A DNA stretch of 64,000 nucleotides from assembly GCA_051880475.1 (NCBI GenBank), contig JBJEOA010000055.1, positions 28,629-92,628 of the forward strand. The letters are read 5' to 3'. This DNA comes from Lachnospiraceae bacterium (GTDB lineage Bacteria > Bacillota > Clostridia > Lachnospirales > Lachnospiraceae). The translations under genes were made by a program, and so were the position numbers. The notes under the pieces were generated by a model. That model saw nothing but the letters and a program-made list of their open reading frames with translations. It did not search any database and was not told the origin of the DNA. Of the stretch, positions 1 through 9,429 are shown piece by piece (the stretch's first letter is position 1; every line of letters begins with the position of its first letter).

Positions 1-2363
1 AATTAGCTCTTATTCAGACCGATTTGGTGAAAAAAGCCATTTTACAAAAATTTCCGAATATAAAAGTAGAGATTGTAGAGATTTCCACAAAGGGAGATGA
101 GCAGCTAGATCGCTCTTTAACTTCTTTTGGAGGAAAAGGTGTTTTTACTCAAGAATTAGAAGAACAATTACTAAGCGGTCAGATTGATATTGCAGTTCAC
201 AGTGCGAAGGATATGCCGATGGAATTTCCAAAAGGATTATGTATTGGTGCTGTTTTAGAGAGAGAAAATCCAGTAGATGTAGTTTTAACAAGAGATGGGA
301 TTTCTCTCAAAGATTTGCCAAAGGGAGCAATTGTTGGAACAAGTTCTCTAAGGAGAGAATTGCAAATTAAAAAAATAAATCCAGAAGTTGTCATTCGTAT
401 GCTTCGTGGAAATGTACAGACAAGAATCCGAAAACTAAAGGAAGGAAAGTATGATGCCATTTTGCTTGCGGCGGCAGGATTAATTCGATTAGAGTACCAA
501 AATGATTCGGAGCTTTTTTTTGAGTATTTAGATGATGAAAAGTTTTTGCCGGCAGCAGGTCAGGGAATTTTGGCAGTTGAGAGTCGAGAGGGAGATTTTA
601 AAGATATTTTATCTGCAATCCACAGTGAAGAAGCTGCATGTCTGTTAGAAGCTGAGAGAGCATATCTTACGACCATTGGAGGAAGCTGTAATGCACCTGC
701 CGCAGCTCTTTGTAAAAAAACAGAAAATGGATTCTCTATGAAGGCGTGTTTTGCAAGAGATGGAAAGCATCTTGTATTTGAGAGTGAGAATCTAGAAGTA
801 ATAGACAAAGGAAGCGAGCGAGAAATTGCAAGAGAGCTTGGCGTTAAGATTGCAAATAAAGTAAAAAAGGGAATAGTCTATCTTGTAGGTGCAGGTCCTG
901 GAGATATCGGTCTTTTTACACAAAAAGGAATGGATTTAGTCAAAAGAGCCGAGGTCATTGTCTATGATAATTTGGCCTCCACTTCTATTTTAAATGAGGC
1001 AAATGAAAATGCTGAATTAATTTATGCGGGAAAGAGAGCAGATAAGCATCATCTAAAGCAGGAAGAGACGAATCAAGTTTTGGTAGAAAAAGCGTTAGAA
1101 GGAAAAATGGTAGTTCGTCTAAAAGGCGGAGACCCATATATTTTTGGGCGAGGAGGAGAGGAAGCGGAGGCACTCTTGCCTTACGGTATTCCATTTGAAG
1201 TAGTTCCAGGAATTTCTTCTTCCTACTCTGTGCCAGCCTACTGTGGCATTCCAGTGACGCATAGAAATTTAGCGTCTTCTTTTCATGTAATTACAGGACA
1301 TGAGGGAAACCATAAAAATGGAAATGAAGTATTAGATTATGAAGTTTTAGCGAAGGAAGAGGGAACTTTAATTTTCTTAATGGGCCTTAAAAATCTTCCA
1401 AATATTGTAAACAACTTAATAAAATATGGAAAAGATAAGAATACGAAGGCTGCGGTTCTTCAAGGTGGCACGACGGCGAGACAAAAAACGGCAGTTGGAA
1501 CGCTTGAGACGATTGTAGATGAGGCAAAAAGGAGAGAAATCAAGACTCCGGCTATTACAATTATCGGCGATGTTGTAAGCTTAAAGGATAAGCTGGAATG
1601 GTTTGGAAATAAGCCACTTTTTGGTAAGAAAGTTTTGGTAACAGCGAGTCGTCCTATGGCAAAAAAAATGGGAGAGATTTTGGCTGAGGAAGGTGCAGAG
1701 CCGATTTTATTTAGTCTCGTTATGACTCAGCGAAGAGTGGAAGAGAATTTTATCAAAGCGATACAAGAGATTGACCAGTATACGTGGATTGTGCTGACAA
1801 GTGCAAATGGAGTTGAGGCTTTATTTGACTCCCTAAGAGAACAAAGAATTGATATTCGCAAGTTTGCCCATATTAAGTTTGCGGTAATTGGAGATGGAAC
1901 GGCGAGAGCACTAGAGGCGAAGGGAATTTATTGTGATTATATACCAACTGCATATTCGAGCAAGGATATGGCTGATTCTATGATTCCACTTCTTACGAGC
2001 GAAGATAGGGTATTGCTTCTTCGAGCGAAAGAGGCATCAAGAGAACTTCCAAAGGCTTTAGAAGAAAATCATATTTCTTATGAAATAGTTTCTCTCTATG
2101 AAACAAAGTATGACGAGAGAAAGGGAGAGGAATTAAATCGTATTTTAAAAGATATGGACTATGTGACATTTGCAAGCTCAAGTGCCGTAAAAGCATTTAC
2201 TTCTATGGTGAGTGATGAAAATAAAAATTGTTGTTCTCATATCAGTATCGGACCTGTCACATCAAAGACGGCTAAGGAACTTGGCGTTACAATAAATAAG
2301 ACAGCGAGCACTTATACTGCGCAGGGAATTGTAGATGCTCTATTAGCTGAGGTGAATAGATAG
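1..2363 (+). CDS. hemC/cobA/hemD: Trifunctional porphobilinogen deaminase / uroporphyrinogen-III C-methyltransferase / uroporphyrinogen-III synthase fusion; 5' end cut by window edge
   Basis: The frame is open from nt 3 (LALIQTDL precedes the track's TTG), so the true start lies upstream. aa ~1-283 are HemC-like (ISTKGD, GGKGVFT.ELE, DIAVHSAKD, RGNVQTR). aa ~284-530 are SUMT-like (VYLVGAGPGD, VIVYDNL, GGDPYIFGRGGEE). aa ~540-779 are HemD-like (KKVLVTASR, LTSANGV, FASSSAV). Confidence 0.9.
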   Translation, partial: LALIQTDLVKKAILQKFPNIKVEIVEISTKGDEQLDRSLTSFGGKGVFTQELEEQLLSGQIDIAVHSAKDMPMEFPKGLCIGAVLERENPVDVVLTRDGISLKDLPKGAIVGTSSLRRELQIKKINPEVVIRMLRGNVQTRIRKLKEGKYDAILLAAAGLIRLEYQNDSELFFEYLDDEKFLPAAGQGILAVESREGDFKDILSAIHSEEAACLLEAERAYLTTIGGSCNAPAAALCKKTENGFSMKACFARDGKHLVFESENLEVIDKGSEREIARELGVKIANKVKKGIVYLVGAGPGDIGLFTQKGMDLVKRAEVIVYDNLASTSILNEANENAELIYAGKRADKHHLKQEETNQVLVEKALEGKMVVRLKGGDPYIFGRGGEEAEALLPYGIPFEVVPGISSSYSVPAYCGIPVTHRNLASSFHVITGHEGNHKNGNEVLDYEVLAKEEGTLIFLMGLKNLPNIVNNLIKYGKDKNTKAAVLQGGTTARQKTAVGTLETIVDEAKRREIKTPAITIIGDVVSLKDKLEWFGNKPLFGKKVLVTASRPMAKKMGEILAEEGAEPILFSLVMTQRRVEENFIKAIQEIDQYTWIVLTSANGVEALFDSLREQRIDIRKFAHIKFAVIGDGTARALEAKGIYCDYIPTAYSSKDMADSMIPLLTSEDRVLLLRAKEASRELPKALEENHISYEIVSLYETKYDERKGEELNRILKDMDYVTFASSSAVKAFTSMVSDENKNCCSHISIGPVTSKTAKELGVTINKTASTYTAQGIVDALLAEVNR

Positions 2364-3098
2364 ATGAAAAAATTATTATTGACAATTGGATTTATGACAC
2401 GGATTCCAATTCCGATACAGTTAGATGTAAAAGAGGGAGATATGGAAAAGGGATTTATTACTTTTCCGATTGTAGGAATCATTATCGGTTTATTTGATTT
2501 GGCCATTTTTGAGCTTATAAGTTTAGTACTCCCAGAGTCAATCGCAATTTTATTTGCAATTTTGGCAAATCTTTGCATTACAGGAGCCTTTCACTTAGAC
2601 GGTCTTGCAGATACAGTGGATGGTATTTACTCGGCTAGAACGAGAGAGAGGATGCTTGAAATTATGAAAGATAGCCGTATCGGGACAAATGGCGCAATTG
2701 CACTTGTCTTCGACTTATTATTTAAGTTTATCGGTCTATCTTACTGTGATGTGAAGTGGATTCCAATTTTGTTAATGCCTGTGGCAGGAAAGATGGTACA
2801 GGGAGCGATTGTTTATAAGGCAATTTATCCGAGAAAAAAAGGAATTGGTATCTACGTAGGAACTGTTCCGGCTTTTGCGGCGATTGGAGCAGCGGTTATT
2901 GGATTAATTCCGTTTGTCATCTTTTATAAAATTTACGGTGTTATTTACTGGGCGATTTTACTTGTATTTGCTTATCTTTTCCGTCTTTATATCACGGGAA
3001 AGATAGGAGGGGTGACAGGAGACGTTATGGGCGCAGGTTCTGAGCTTAGTGAAGTTTTATATCTATTTTTATTATTGGCAAAAGCAAAATTGTTTTAG
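2364..3098 (+). CDS. cobS: Adenosylcobinamide-GDP ribazoletransferase (cobalamin synthase)
   Basis: FHLDGLADTVDG motif; polytopic membrane protein; start abuts the previous stop. Confidence 0.9.
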   Translation: MKKLLLTIGFMTRIPIPIQLDVKEGDMEKGFITFPIVGIIIGLFDLAIFELISLVLPESIAILFAILANLCITGAFHLDGLADTVDGIYSARTRERMLEIMKDSRIGTNGAIALVFDLLFKFIGLSYCDVKWIPILLMPVAGKMVQGAIVYKAIYPRKKGIGIYVGTVPAFAAIGAAVIGLIPFVIFYKIYGVIYWAILLVFAYLFRLYITGKIGGVTGDVMGAGSELSEVLYLFLLLAKAKLF

Positions 3099-3118
3099 AA
3101 AGATAAAGGGAGAGGCGT

Positions 3119-4177
3119 ATGGATTTTTGTACATTAGTAAATGGGATTTTACCCTTAGATGAAAAGGCAATGGAATTGGCACAGAAAAGATGGAATACTC
3201 TTGGAAAACCTCTTCACAGTCTTGGCAGGTTAGAAGAGCTTGTTGTGCAGCTGGCAGGAATTATGGGAACTCCAATGCCTAAGGTTGAAAAAAAAGCAGT
3301 TATTGTTATGGCGGCTGATAACGGGGTGGTAAAAGAGGGAGTTACACAGACTGGTCAAGAAGTTACAAAAATTGTGACAGAAAATATGACGAAAGATAAG
3401 GCTTCCATTCGTGTTTTTGCCAGAATGAGTGGAGCAGATGTTTTTCCAGTAGATATTGGAATTGCAGCAAATGTAGATTGTCCTGGAATTATTCCAAGAA
3501 AAATAAAAATGGGAACAGAGAATATACATGAGGGCCCAGCTATGACAAGAGAAGAGGCAGTAGAGGCTATTTTAGTTGGGGCGGATATGGTAAGAGAATT
3601 AAAACAAAAGGGATATCATATGTTTGCTACGGGCGAGATGGGCATTGGAAATACGACGACAAGCAGTGCAATTTGTGCCATTTTATTAGAGCAATCGGTA
3701 GAAAAAGTAACTGGAAAGGGTGCTGGGCTTACGAGTCAGGATTTGCTTCACAAAATCGAGATAATTAAAGAAAGTATTATATTAAACCAGGTGGATAAAA
3801 ATGACCCGATTGATGTTTTACATAAAGTCGGAGGACTTGATATAGCAGGATTAGTAGGATGCTTTTTAGGGGCAGCATATTATCAGATGCCAATTTTTAT
3901 TGATGGATTCATCTCCTCCGTTGCGGCATTATTGGCAATAAAAATTGCTCCAGCTTGTAAATCCTATCTGTTTCCATCTCACTGTTCTAATGAGCCAGCG
4001 GGAAAAATGGTATTAGATGCCATTGGAGTTTCTCCATATATTTTAGCAAATATGTGTTTAGGAGAGGGAACTGGCGCGGTGATGGGCTTTACAATTGCGG
4101 ACTATGCACTTGCAGCTTATTACGGAATTCCTTCTTTTGAGGAGACGGCATTTGGAACTTATGAGGAGTTGGTATAG
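3119..4177 (+). CDS. cobT: Nicotinate-nucleotide--dimethylbenzimidazole phosphoribosyltransferase
   Basis: GEMGIGNTTTSSA motif, 352 aa, RBS GGGAGAGG upstream. Confidence 0.92.
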   Translation: MDFCTLVNGILPLDEKAMELAQKRWNTLGKPLHSLGRLEELVVQLAGIMGTPMPKVEKKAVIVMAADNGVVKEGVTQTGQEVTKIVTENMTKDKASIRVFARMSGADVFPVDIGIAANVDCPGIIPRKIKMGTENIHEGPAMTREEAVEAILVGADMVRELKQKGYHMFATGEMGIGNTTTSSAICAILLEQSVEKVTGKGAGLTSQDLLHKIEIIKESIILNQVDKNDPIDVLHKVGGLDIAGLVGCFLGAAYYQMPIFIDGFISSVAALLAIKIAPACKSYLFPSHCSNEPAGKMVLDAIGVSPYILANMCLGEGTGAVMGFTIADYALAAYYGIPSFEETAFGTYEELV

Positions 4178-4218
4178 TATAACATTAAAACAGATTCAGA
4201 AAAGAGGAATGAAATATT

Positions 4219-4854
4219 ATGTTAGATAAAATTGAGATTGTAAAACCGATGGACATAGAAAAGAAAAGTATGGCTACTATTACACAGGAGCTAGGTGGAA
4301 GAACTTGGCCTGAGCCAGAATTTTCTATAGTAAAACGCTGTATTCACACATCTGCGGATTTTGATTATGCAGATAATCTGTGTTTTTCTGATAATGTGGG
4401 ACAAAAGGCTATAGAGGCATTAAGAGCGGGAGCTGTTATTGTGACAGATACCAATATGGCGAAGGCTGGCATTAATAAAAAACGTGTGGCAGAGTACGGC
4501 GGAGAAGTTTTTTGTTTTATGGCCGACGAGGATGTGGCAAAAAAAGCGAAGGAGCTTGGCTGTACAAGGGCAGCTGTCTGCATGGAAAAGGCAGCTCACA
4601 CAATTAAAGATAGACCAATTATTTTTGCAATCGGAAATGCACCGACAGCTTTAATAAAGCTTTATGATTTAATAGAAGAGGGATTAAAGCCGGCACTTAT
4701 TATTGGAGCACCAGTTGGGTTTGTCAATGTTGTGGAGTCTAAGGAGCTTATTATGAAAGCGGATGTCCCATATATTGTTTGTCGAGGAAGAAAGGGCGGC
4801 AGCAATATTGCAGCGGCAATATGTAATGCACTGTTATATCAAGAGGGCAGATAG
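4219..4854 (+). CDS. cbiC: Cobalt-precorrin-8 methylmutase
   Basis: IHTSADFDYA and IGNAPTAL motifs; 211 aa. Confidence 0.9.
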   Translation: MLDKIEIVKPMDIEKKSMATITQELGGRTWPEPEFSIVKRCIHTSADFDYADNLCFSDNVGQKAIEALRAGAVIVTDTNMAKAGINKKRVAEYGGEVFCFMADEDVAKKAKELGCTRAAVCMEKAAHTIKDRPIIFAIGNAPTALIKLYDLIEEGLKPALIIGAPVGFVNVVESKELIMKADVPYIVCRGRKGGSNIAAAICNALLYQEGR

Positions 4855-4857
4855 ACG

Positions 4858-5943
4858 ATGAAGAAGCTAAGAGAAGGGGTTTCGACAGGCTCTTGTATGA
4901 CAGGAGCTGCTATCGCCAGTGCGATATGGCAGCTTGAAGGAAAATGCCCACAGTCTGTTTGTGTCAGAGCACCGATTGGGAGAGATTTATATTTGGATGT
5001 GGTTCCGATAGAGTACGGTGTCTGTGCTATTGTGAAAGATGGTGGCGATGATATCGATGTGACAGACGGGTGCAGTGTTATCGTTAAAGTGACTATCTGT
5101 GAAGAAGACGGAGAAATCCGATTTGTAGGAAAAGAGGGAATTGGCACAGTAACACTAGAAGGACTAAAACTTCCAGTGGGAGAGCCAGCGATTAATCCTG
5201 TTCCAAGACAGATGGCAATAGAGGCTCTTAGAAAAATAATTGGTGAGAAAGCGGCGACGGTGGAAGTTTCTATTCCAAATGGAGTTGTGCTTGCAAAAAA
5301 AACATTCAATGAGAGACTTGGCGTGATAGGTGGTTTATCTGTTCTTGGAACGACGGGGATTGTAAGACCGATGAGCCAAGAGGCAATGCGAGATTCGATT
5401 ATACAGGAGATGCGAGTGCATCGGGCGAAAGGAAATGACTCAATTGTTTTTGTTCTTGGAACGACGGGAGAAAATGCCTTAAGAGAGTTATACGGTCAGA
5501 TGAAAGCAGTTCTTCAAGTCAGCAATTTTATCGGAGATATGTTGGACGAGGCGGTGGAACAGGGGTTTAAAAATATTTTTATCGGAGGTTTTGTCGGCAA
5601 ATTAGTGAAGGTGGCGGCAGGAACGATGAATACACATAGCCATGTTTCAGACGGAAGACTTGAGACAATCTGTACACACGCCGCTCTAGCGCAAGTTGAT
5701 ACTAATATTATACGAAAAATTTATAATTGCGTAACGACAAAGAAGGCTCTTGAAATTATGAGAGAGGAAAATCTGCTCTATATTTGGGAAACTATCGTAC
5801 AAAAAGCAGAACAGCATTGTCAAAAACGAGTGAGAGATGAGGCTGTGGTAGCTATTGTATTTTTAGATGAGAATAATGAGATATTAGCAGAAAGTAAAAA
5901 TGTAAATAAAGTAAGACAGGAGGTGTTTTTATGCACCGATTGA
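4858..5943 (+). CDS. cbiD: Cobalt-precorrin-5B (C1)-methyltransferase
   Basis: LREGVSTGSC N-terminus, GTTGIVRPMS motif, 361 aa. Confidence 0.9.
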   Translation: MKKLREGVSTGSCMTGAAIASAIWQLEGKCPQSVCVRAPIGRDLYLDVVPIEYGVCAIVKDGGDDIDVTDGCSVIVKVTICEEDGEIRFVGKEGIGTVTLEGLKLPVGEPAINPVPRQMAIEALRKIIGEKAATVEVSIPNGVVLAKKTFNERLGVIGGLSVLGTTGIVRPMSQEAMRDSIIQEMRVHRAKGNDSIVFVLGTTGENALRELYGQMKAVLQVSNFIGDMLDEAVEQGFKNIFIGGFVGKLVKVAAGTMNTHSHVSDGRLETICTHAALAQVDTNIIRKIYNCVTTKKALEIMREENLLYIWETIVQKAEQHCQKRVRDEAVVAIVFLDENNEILAESKNVNKVRQEVFLCTD

Positions 5944-7154
5944 AATTGGTCGGAATTGGTCCTGGAACGAGGGAGTATGTTTTACCAAAGGCTTTAGAAG
6001 CGATGGAAAAATCAGATACGATTATTGCCGCAAAGCGTATTATACCGATGCTTGAGGAGCTCCTTGTGGGAAAGAAAAATATTTTGCCAATGAAAGGAAT
6101 TCAAGATACGATTGATTTAATAGAAGAATGTTTAAAAAAAGAAGAGGTAGCTTTAATTGTATCGGGAGACCCTCTTATGTATAGTTTACTTCGCACATTA
6201 AAAAACGATGAGAAGGCTTCTAAAATACCGATGGATATTATCCCAGGAATTGGTTCTTTACAGATGCTTGGGGCAAAATGTGGTATTTCGATGGAAGATG
6301 CAAAAATTATTAGTGTGCATGGAAGAAAACAAAAAAGGGGAAGCATAGCGATGGCAGTTTCTGAGCATCGTGATTGCTTTTTTCTTTGCAGTAAAGAACA
6401 AGGACCTGCGTGGCTATCTGAAATTATGATCGAATATCATTTAGAAAATGTGACAGTTTATGCAGGCTCAGACCTATCTTATGCGGAGGAAGAAATCCTA
6501 GCCGGAAGTCCAAACCAGATGAGTAAAAAAGAGTTTCCATCTCTTTGCGTGGCGCTTATTCACAATGATGAGCCAAGAAAAATAGAGCGTGTGGGACTTT
6601 TGAGAGATTCTGATTTTATCAGAGGGAAAACTCCGATGACAAAAGAAGAAGTAAGAGCGATTATTGTACAAAAATTAGGCTTATATCCTGATAGTATTGT
6701 CTGGGATGTCGGAGCTGGAACAGGTTCTATCACAATAGAAGCTGCAAGATTTTGTCCTTTTGGTGAGGTGTATGCGATTGAGCGAAGCGAGACGGCAGTT
6801 GAGCTGATTGAAAAAAATAAAGAAAAGTTTCATGTTCCCCATGTGAAAGTATTTGCGGGGACAGCGAGAGAAGAGATGAAAAAACTTCCTTGTCCAGATA
6901 TCGTATTTATCGGGGGAAGCGGTGGAGATTTGGAATATATAATTGAATATTTGGCGAGTTTAAAACAAGAAATCAAGGTTGTGATTTCTGCTGTGACAGT
7001 GGAGACATTAGCTCAGGCTTGTAATTGTCTCGAAAAATATGACAAAGATTATGAAATGACTCAAATTTCTATTGGAAAAAGTCGTAAGCTTGGAAAATAT
7101 CATATTATGGATAATCATAATCCAGTCACTCTCTTAGAGGCAGTGATTCGGTAA
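5931..7154 (+). CDS. cbiET: Fused cobalt-precorrin-7 (C5)-methyltransferase / cobalt-precorrin-6B (C15)-methyltransferase, decarboxylating
   Basis: The N-half has GIGPG and SGDPLMYS tetrapyrrole-methylase motifs. The C-half is a SAM methyltransferase (VWDVGAGTGSITIE). 13-nt overlap with cbiD. Confidence 0.88.
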   Translation: MHRLKLVGIGPGTREYVLPKALEAMEKSDTIIAAKRIIPMLEELLVGKKNILPMKGIQDTIDLIEECLKKEEVALIVSGDPLMYSLLRTLKNDEKASKIPMDIIPGIGSLQMLGAKCGISMEDAKIISVHGRKQKRGSIAMAVSEHRDCFFLCSKEQGPAWLSEIMIEYHLENVTVYAGSDLSYAEEEILAGSPNQMSKKEFPSLCVALIHNDEPRKIERVGLLRDSDFIRGKTPMTKEEVRAIIVQKLGLYPDSIVWDVGAGTGSITIEAARFCPFGEVYAIERSETAVELIEKNKEKFHVPHVKVFAGTAREEMKKLPCPDIVFIGGSGGDLEYIIEYLASLKQEIKVVISAVTVETLAQACNCLEKYDKDYEMTQISIGKSRKLGKYHIMDNHNPVTLLEAVIR

Positions 7155-7187
7155 ATATGCTAAGGAAGATAGAAGGGAGAATTCGAC

Positions 7188-7955
7188 ATGAAAAAGGCGT
7201 TACTAGTGATTAGTTTTGGAACTAGTTATGAGATAGCGATGAAGGCAATTGAAAATATCGAGGAAAAATTAGCGGCGGCATTTCCAGATTATGATTTTAA
7301 TCGAGCCTTCACATCTGGTATGATTATTAAGAAGCTGCTTCGCACAAAGAATCAAAAGATTGAGACAACGACAGAAGCACTTGAGAGATTATATCAGGAA
7401 GGATATGAGGAGATACTTTGTCAGCCGACACATATCATTAATGGAATTGAGTATGACAAAATGTGTAGTATGATTGCCGAGTATAGAGAAAAATTTAAAA
7501 GTATTCGCATTGGAGCTCCACTTCTTACGCAGAGCGAAGATTTTGAGGAATGTGCAAAGCGTGTTATGGAAAATATGCCAAATATCAAAGAAAATGAGGC
7601 GCTTGTTTTTATGGGACATGGCACAGATCATTTTGCGAACGGGGCGTATTCTCAGATTGAAAATACATTAAGACATATTGGATATGAGAATGTATATGTA
7701 GGTACGGTGGAAGGATTCCCAGATTTATCCTATGTAGAAAAGCGTCTGGAGAAAAAAGGTGTGAAAAAAGTTTATTTAGCTCCTTTTATGATTGTAGCGG
7801 GAGACCATGCGAGAAATGATTTGGCAGGAGAAGAGGAAGATTCTTGGAAATCAATCTTAGAGACAGCAGGATATGAGGTAGAAGTTAAATTGCAAGGAAT
7901 CGGAGAGTATGATTCCATTGCAGAGCTTTTTGTAGAACATGCGAAGACTGCGTAA
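7188..7955 (+). CDS. cbiK: Sirohydrochlorin cobaltochelatase (anaerobic pathway)
   Basis: MKKALLVISFGTSY...RAFTSGMIIKKL...HIINGIEYDKM closely follows the CbiK pattern. Confidence 0.88.
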   Translation: MKKALLVISFGTSYEIAMKAIENIEEKLAAAFPDYDFNRAFTSGMIIKKLLRTKNQKIETTTEALERLYQEGYEEILCQPTHIINGIEYDKMCSMIAEYREKFKSIRIGAPLLTQSEDFEECAKRVMENMPNIKENEALVFMGHGTDHFANGAYSQIENTLRHIGYENVYVGTVEGFPDLSYVEKRLEKKGVKKVYLAPFMIVAGDHARNDLAGEEEDSWKSILETAGYEVEVKLQGIGEYDSIAELFVEHAKTA

Positions 7956-7995
7956 AAATGATACCGATAAAATATATAAGGAAAGAGGATAAAAG

Positions 7996-8691
7996 ATGGC
8001 AGGAAAATTATATGGAATTGGTGTGGGACCTGGAGACCCAGAATTACTTACTATAAAAGCTAAGAGATTAATTGAAGAGGCGGATATCGTCGCAGTTCCA
8101 GTAAAGAAAATAGGAGAGAATAGTGTTGCGTTAAATATCGCAAAGCAGGCAGCTCATATTCCAGAGGAGAAAATTGTAGAGATTGAATTTACAATGAATA
8201 AAGATAAGACAAAGAGAGAGGCTTGCAGAAGAGAGGCAGCTAAAAAGGTGACAGATATTTTAGATGAGGGAAAAAATATTGCAATGTTAGCACTCGGAGA
8301 TATCGGTATTTACAGCACTTACGCTTATGTGCATAATATTTTGATGAGTCAAGGATATGAAGTGCAAATGGTTTCTGGAATTCCTTCTTTTTGTGCAGGA
8401 GCAAGTGCGGCCAATATTTCTCTTGTGGAGGGAAATGATGGATTTGGCGTTATCCCATCTCTTCGTGGAATTGATGATGTAAAAAGGGCATTGGATGTAT
8501 TTGAAAATTTAGTTATTATGAAGGTTGGAAATCATGTACAGGAAGTATATGATTTATTAAAAGAGAGAAATATGGAGAAAAATGCTGTGATTGTGAGCAA
8601 TTGTGGCATGGAAGATGAGTATATCGGAAGCTTAGTTCCTGATAGAAAATATGGATATTTTACAACAATGATTGTAAAAAAGGAAAATTAA
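7996..8691 (+). CDS. cbiL: Cobalt-precorrin-2 (C20)-methyltransferase
   Basis: GKLYGIGVGPGDPELLT N-terminus; LALGDIGIYSTY. Confidence 0.9.
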   Translation: MAGKLYGIGVGPGDPELLTIKAKRLIEEADIVAVPVKKIGENSVALNIAKQAAHIPEEKIVEIEFTMNKDKTKREACRREAAKKVTDILDEGKNIAMLALGDIGIYSTYAYVHNILMSQGYEVQMVSGIPSFCAGASAANISLVEGNDGFGVIPSLRGIDDVKRALDVFENLVIMKVGNHVQEVYDLLKERNMEKNAVIVSNCGMEDEYIGSLVPDRKYGYFTTMIVKKEN

Positions 8692-8692
8692 G

Positions 8693-9406
8693 ATGAAAAA
8701 AAATATTATTGTAATTGCAGGAACGACGGAATCAAGAGAAGTGATAAAAAGTCTTCGAGAGGATGGGGCAAATATTATAGCATCTGTGGCGACAGAGCTT
8801 GGTGCAAAGATGTTAGAAGAGGAAGATATTACGATTTATGTGGGAAGAAAGGACGAGAGTGAATTTCGAGAGTTTTTTTTGCGAGAAAGCCCAGATATGG
8901 TAGTGGACGCGTCACATCCCTTTGCAAAAATTGTCACACAGACGGTAAAAACTGTATGTAAAGAACTCCATATTCCTTATAAGCGAATAAAAAGAGATAA
9001 AGAAGCATACGATTATGAAAACATCATCTGGGTGGCAGACGCTGAGGAAGCTGCAAAGATGGCAGATAAAATTGAAGGTATAATTTTGCTCACAACGGGA
9101 GCAAATACTGCCCCTGTTTATTCAAAAATGGTGAGTAAGATGGAGGACAGATTATATATTCGTGTATTAGATACACAAAAATCTCTTGAGATATGTGAAA
9201 TGGCGGGGATTCCTAGAGAGCATATTATTGCGAAAATGCCGCCGTTTTCTGTGGAAGATAACATTGATTTAATGAAAAAGATAAACGCTGCCGTTTTAGT
9301 GTCAAAAGATAGTGGGAAACAAGGCGGTGTGCAAAATAAGGTGGATGCTTGCAGAGAGCAAAATATTCCGATAATCTTAATCCGAAGACCAGAGAGTGAA
9401 GGATAG
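8693..9406 (+). CDS. cbiJ: Cobalt-precorrin-6A reductase
   Basis: IIVIAGTTESRE N-terminus, DASHPFA motif, 237 aa, operon context. Confidence 0.85.
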   Translation: MKKNIIVIAGTTESREVIKSLREDGANIIASVATELGAKMLEEEDITIYVGRKDESEFREFFLRESPDMVVDASHPFAKIVTQTVKTVCKELHIPYKRIKRDKEAYDYENIIWVADAEEAAKMADKIEGIILLTTGANTAPVYSKMVSKMEDRLYIRVLDTQKSLEICEMAGIPREHIIAKMPPFSVEDNIDLMKKINAAVLVSKDSGKQGGVQNKVDACREQNIPIILIRRPESEG

Positions 9407-9429
9407 AGAAAGCAGTAAGGAGGAAAAAA

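Noticed and set aside
4839-5309. 156-aa minus-strand ORF, plus similar antisense ORFs in the track such as 9723-10115, 14959-15328, 40985-41476 and 60240-60689.
   Set aside because: Each lies entirely antisense within a gene whose product carries strong family motifs (cbiD, cbiA, cbiP/cobO, the TPR protein, aconitase). They have no RBS and low-complexity, odd compositions. They are shadow ORFs typical of AT-rich genomes.
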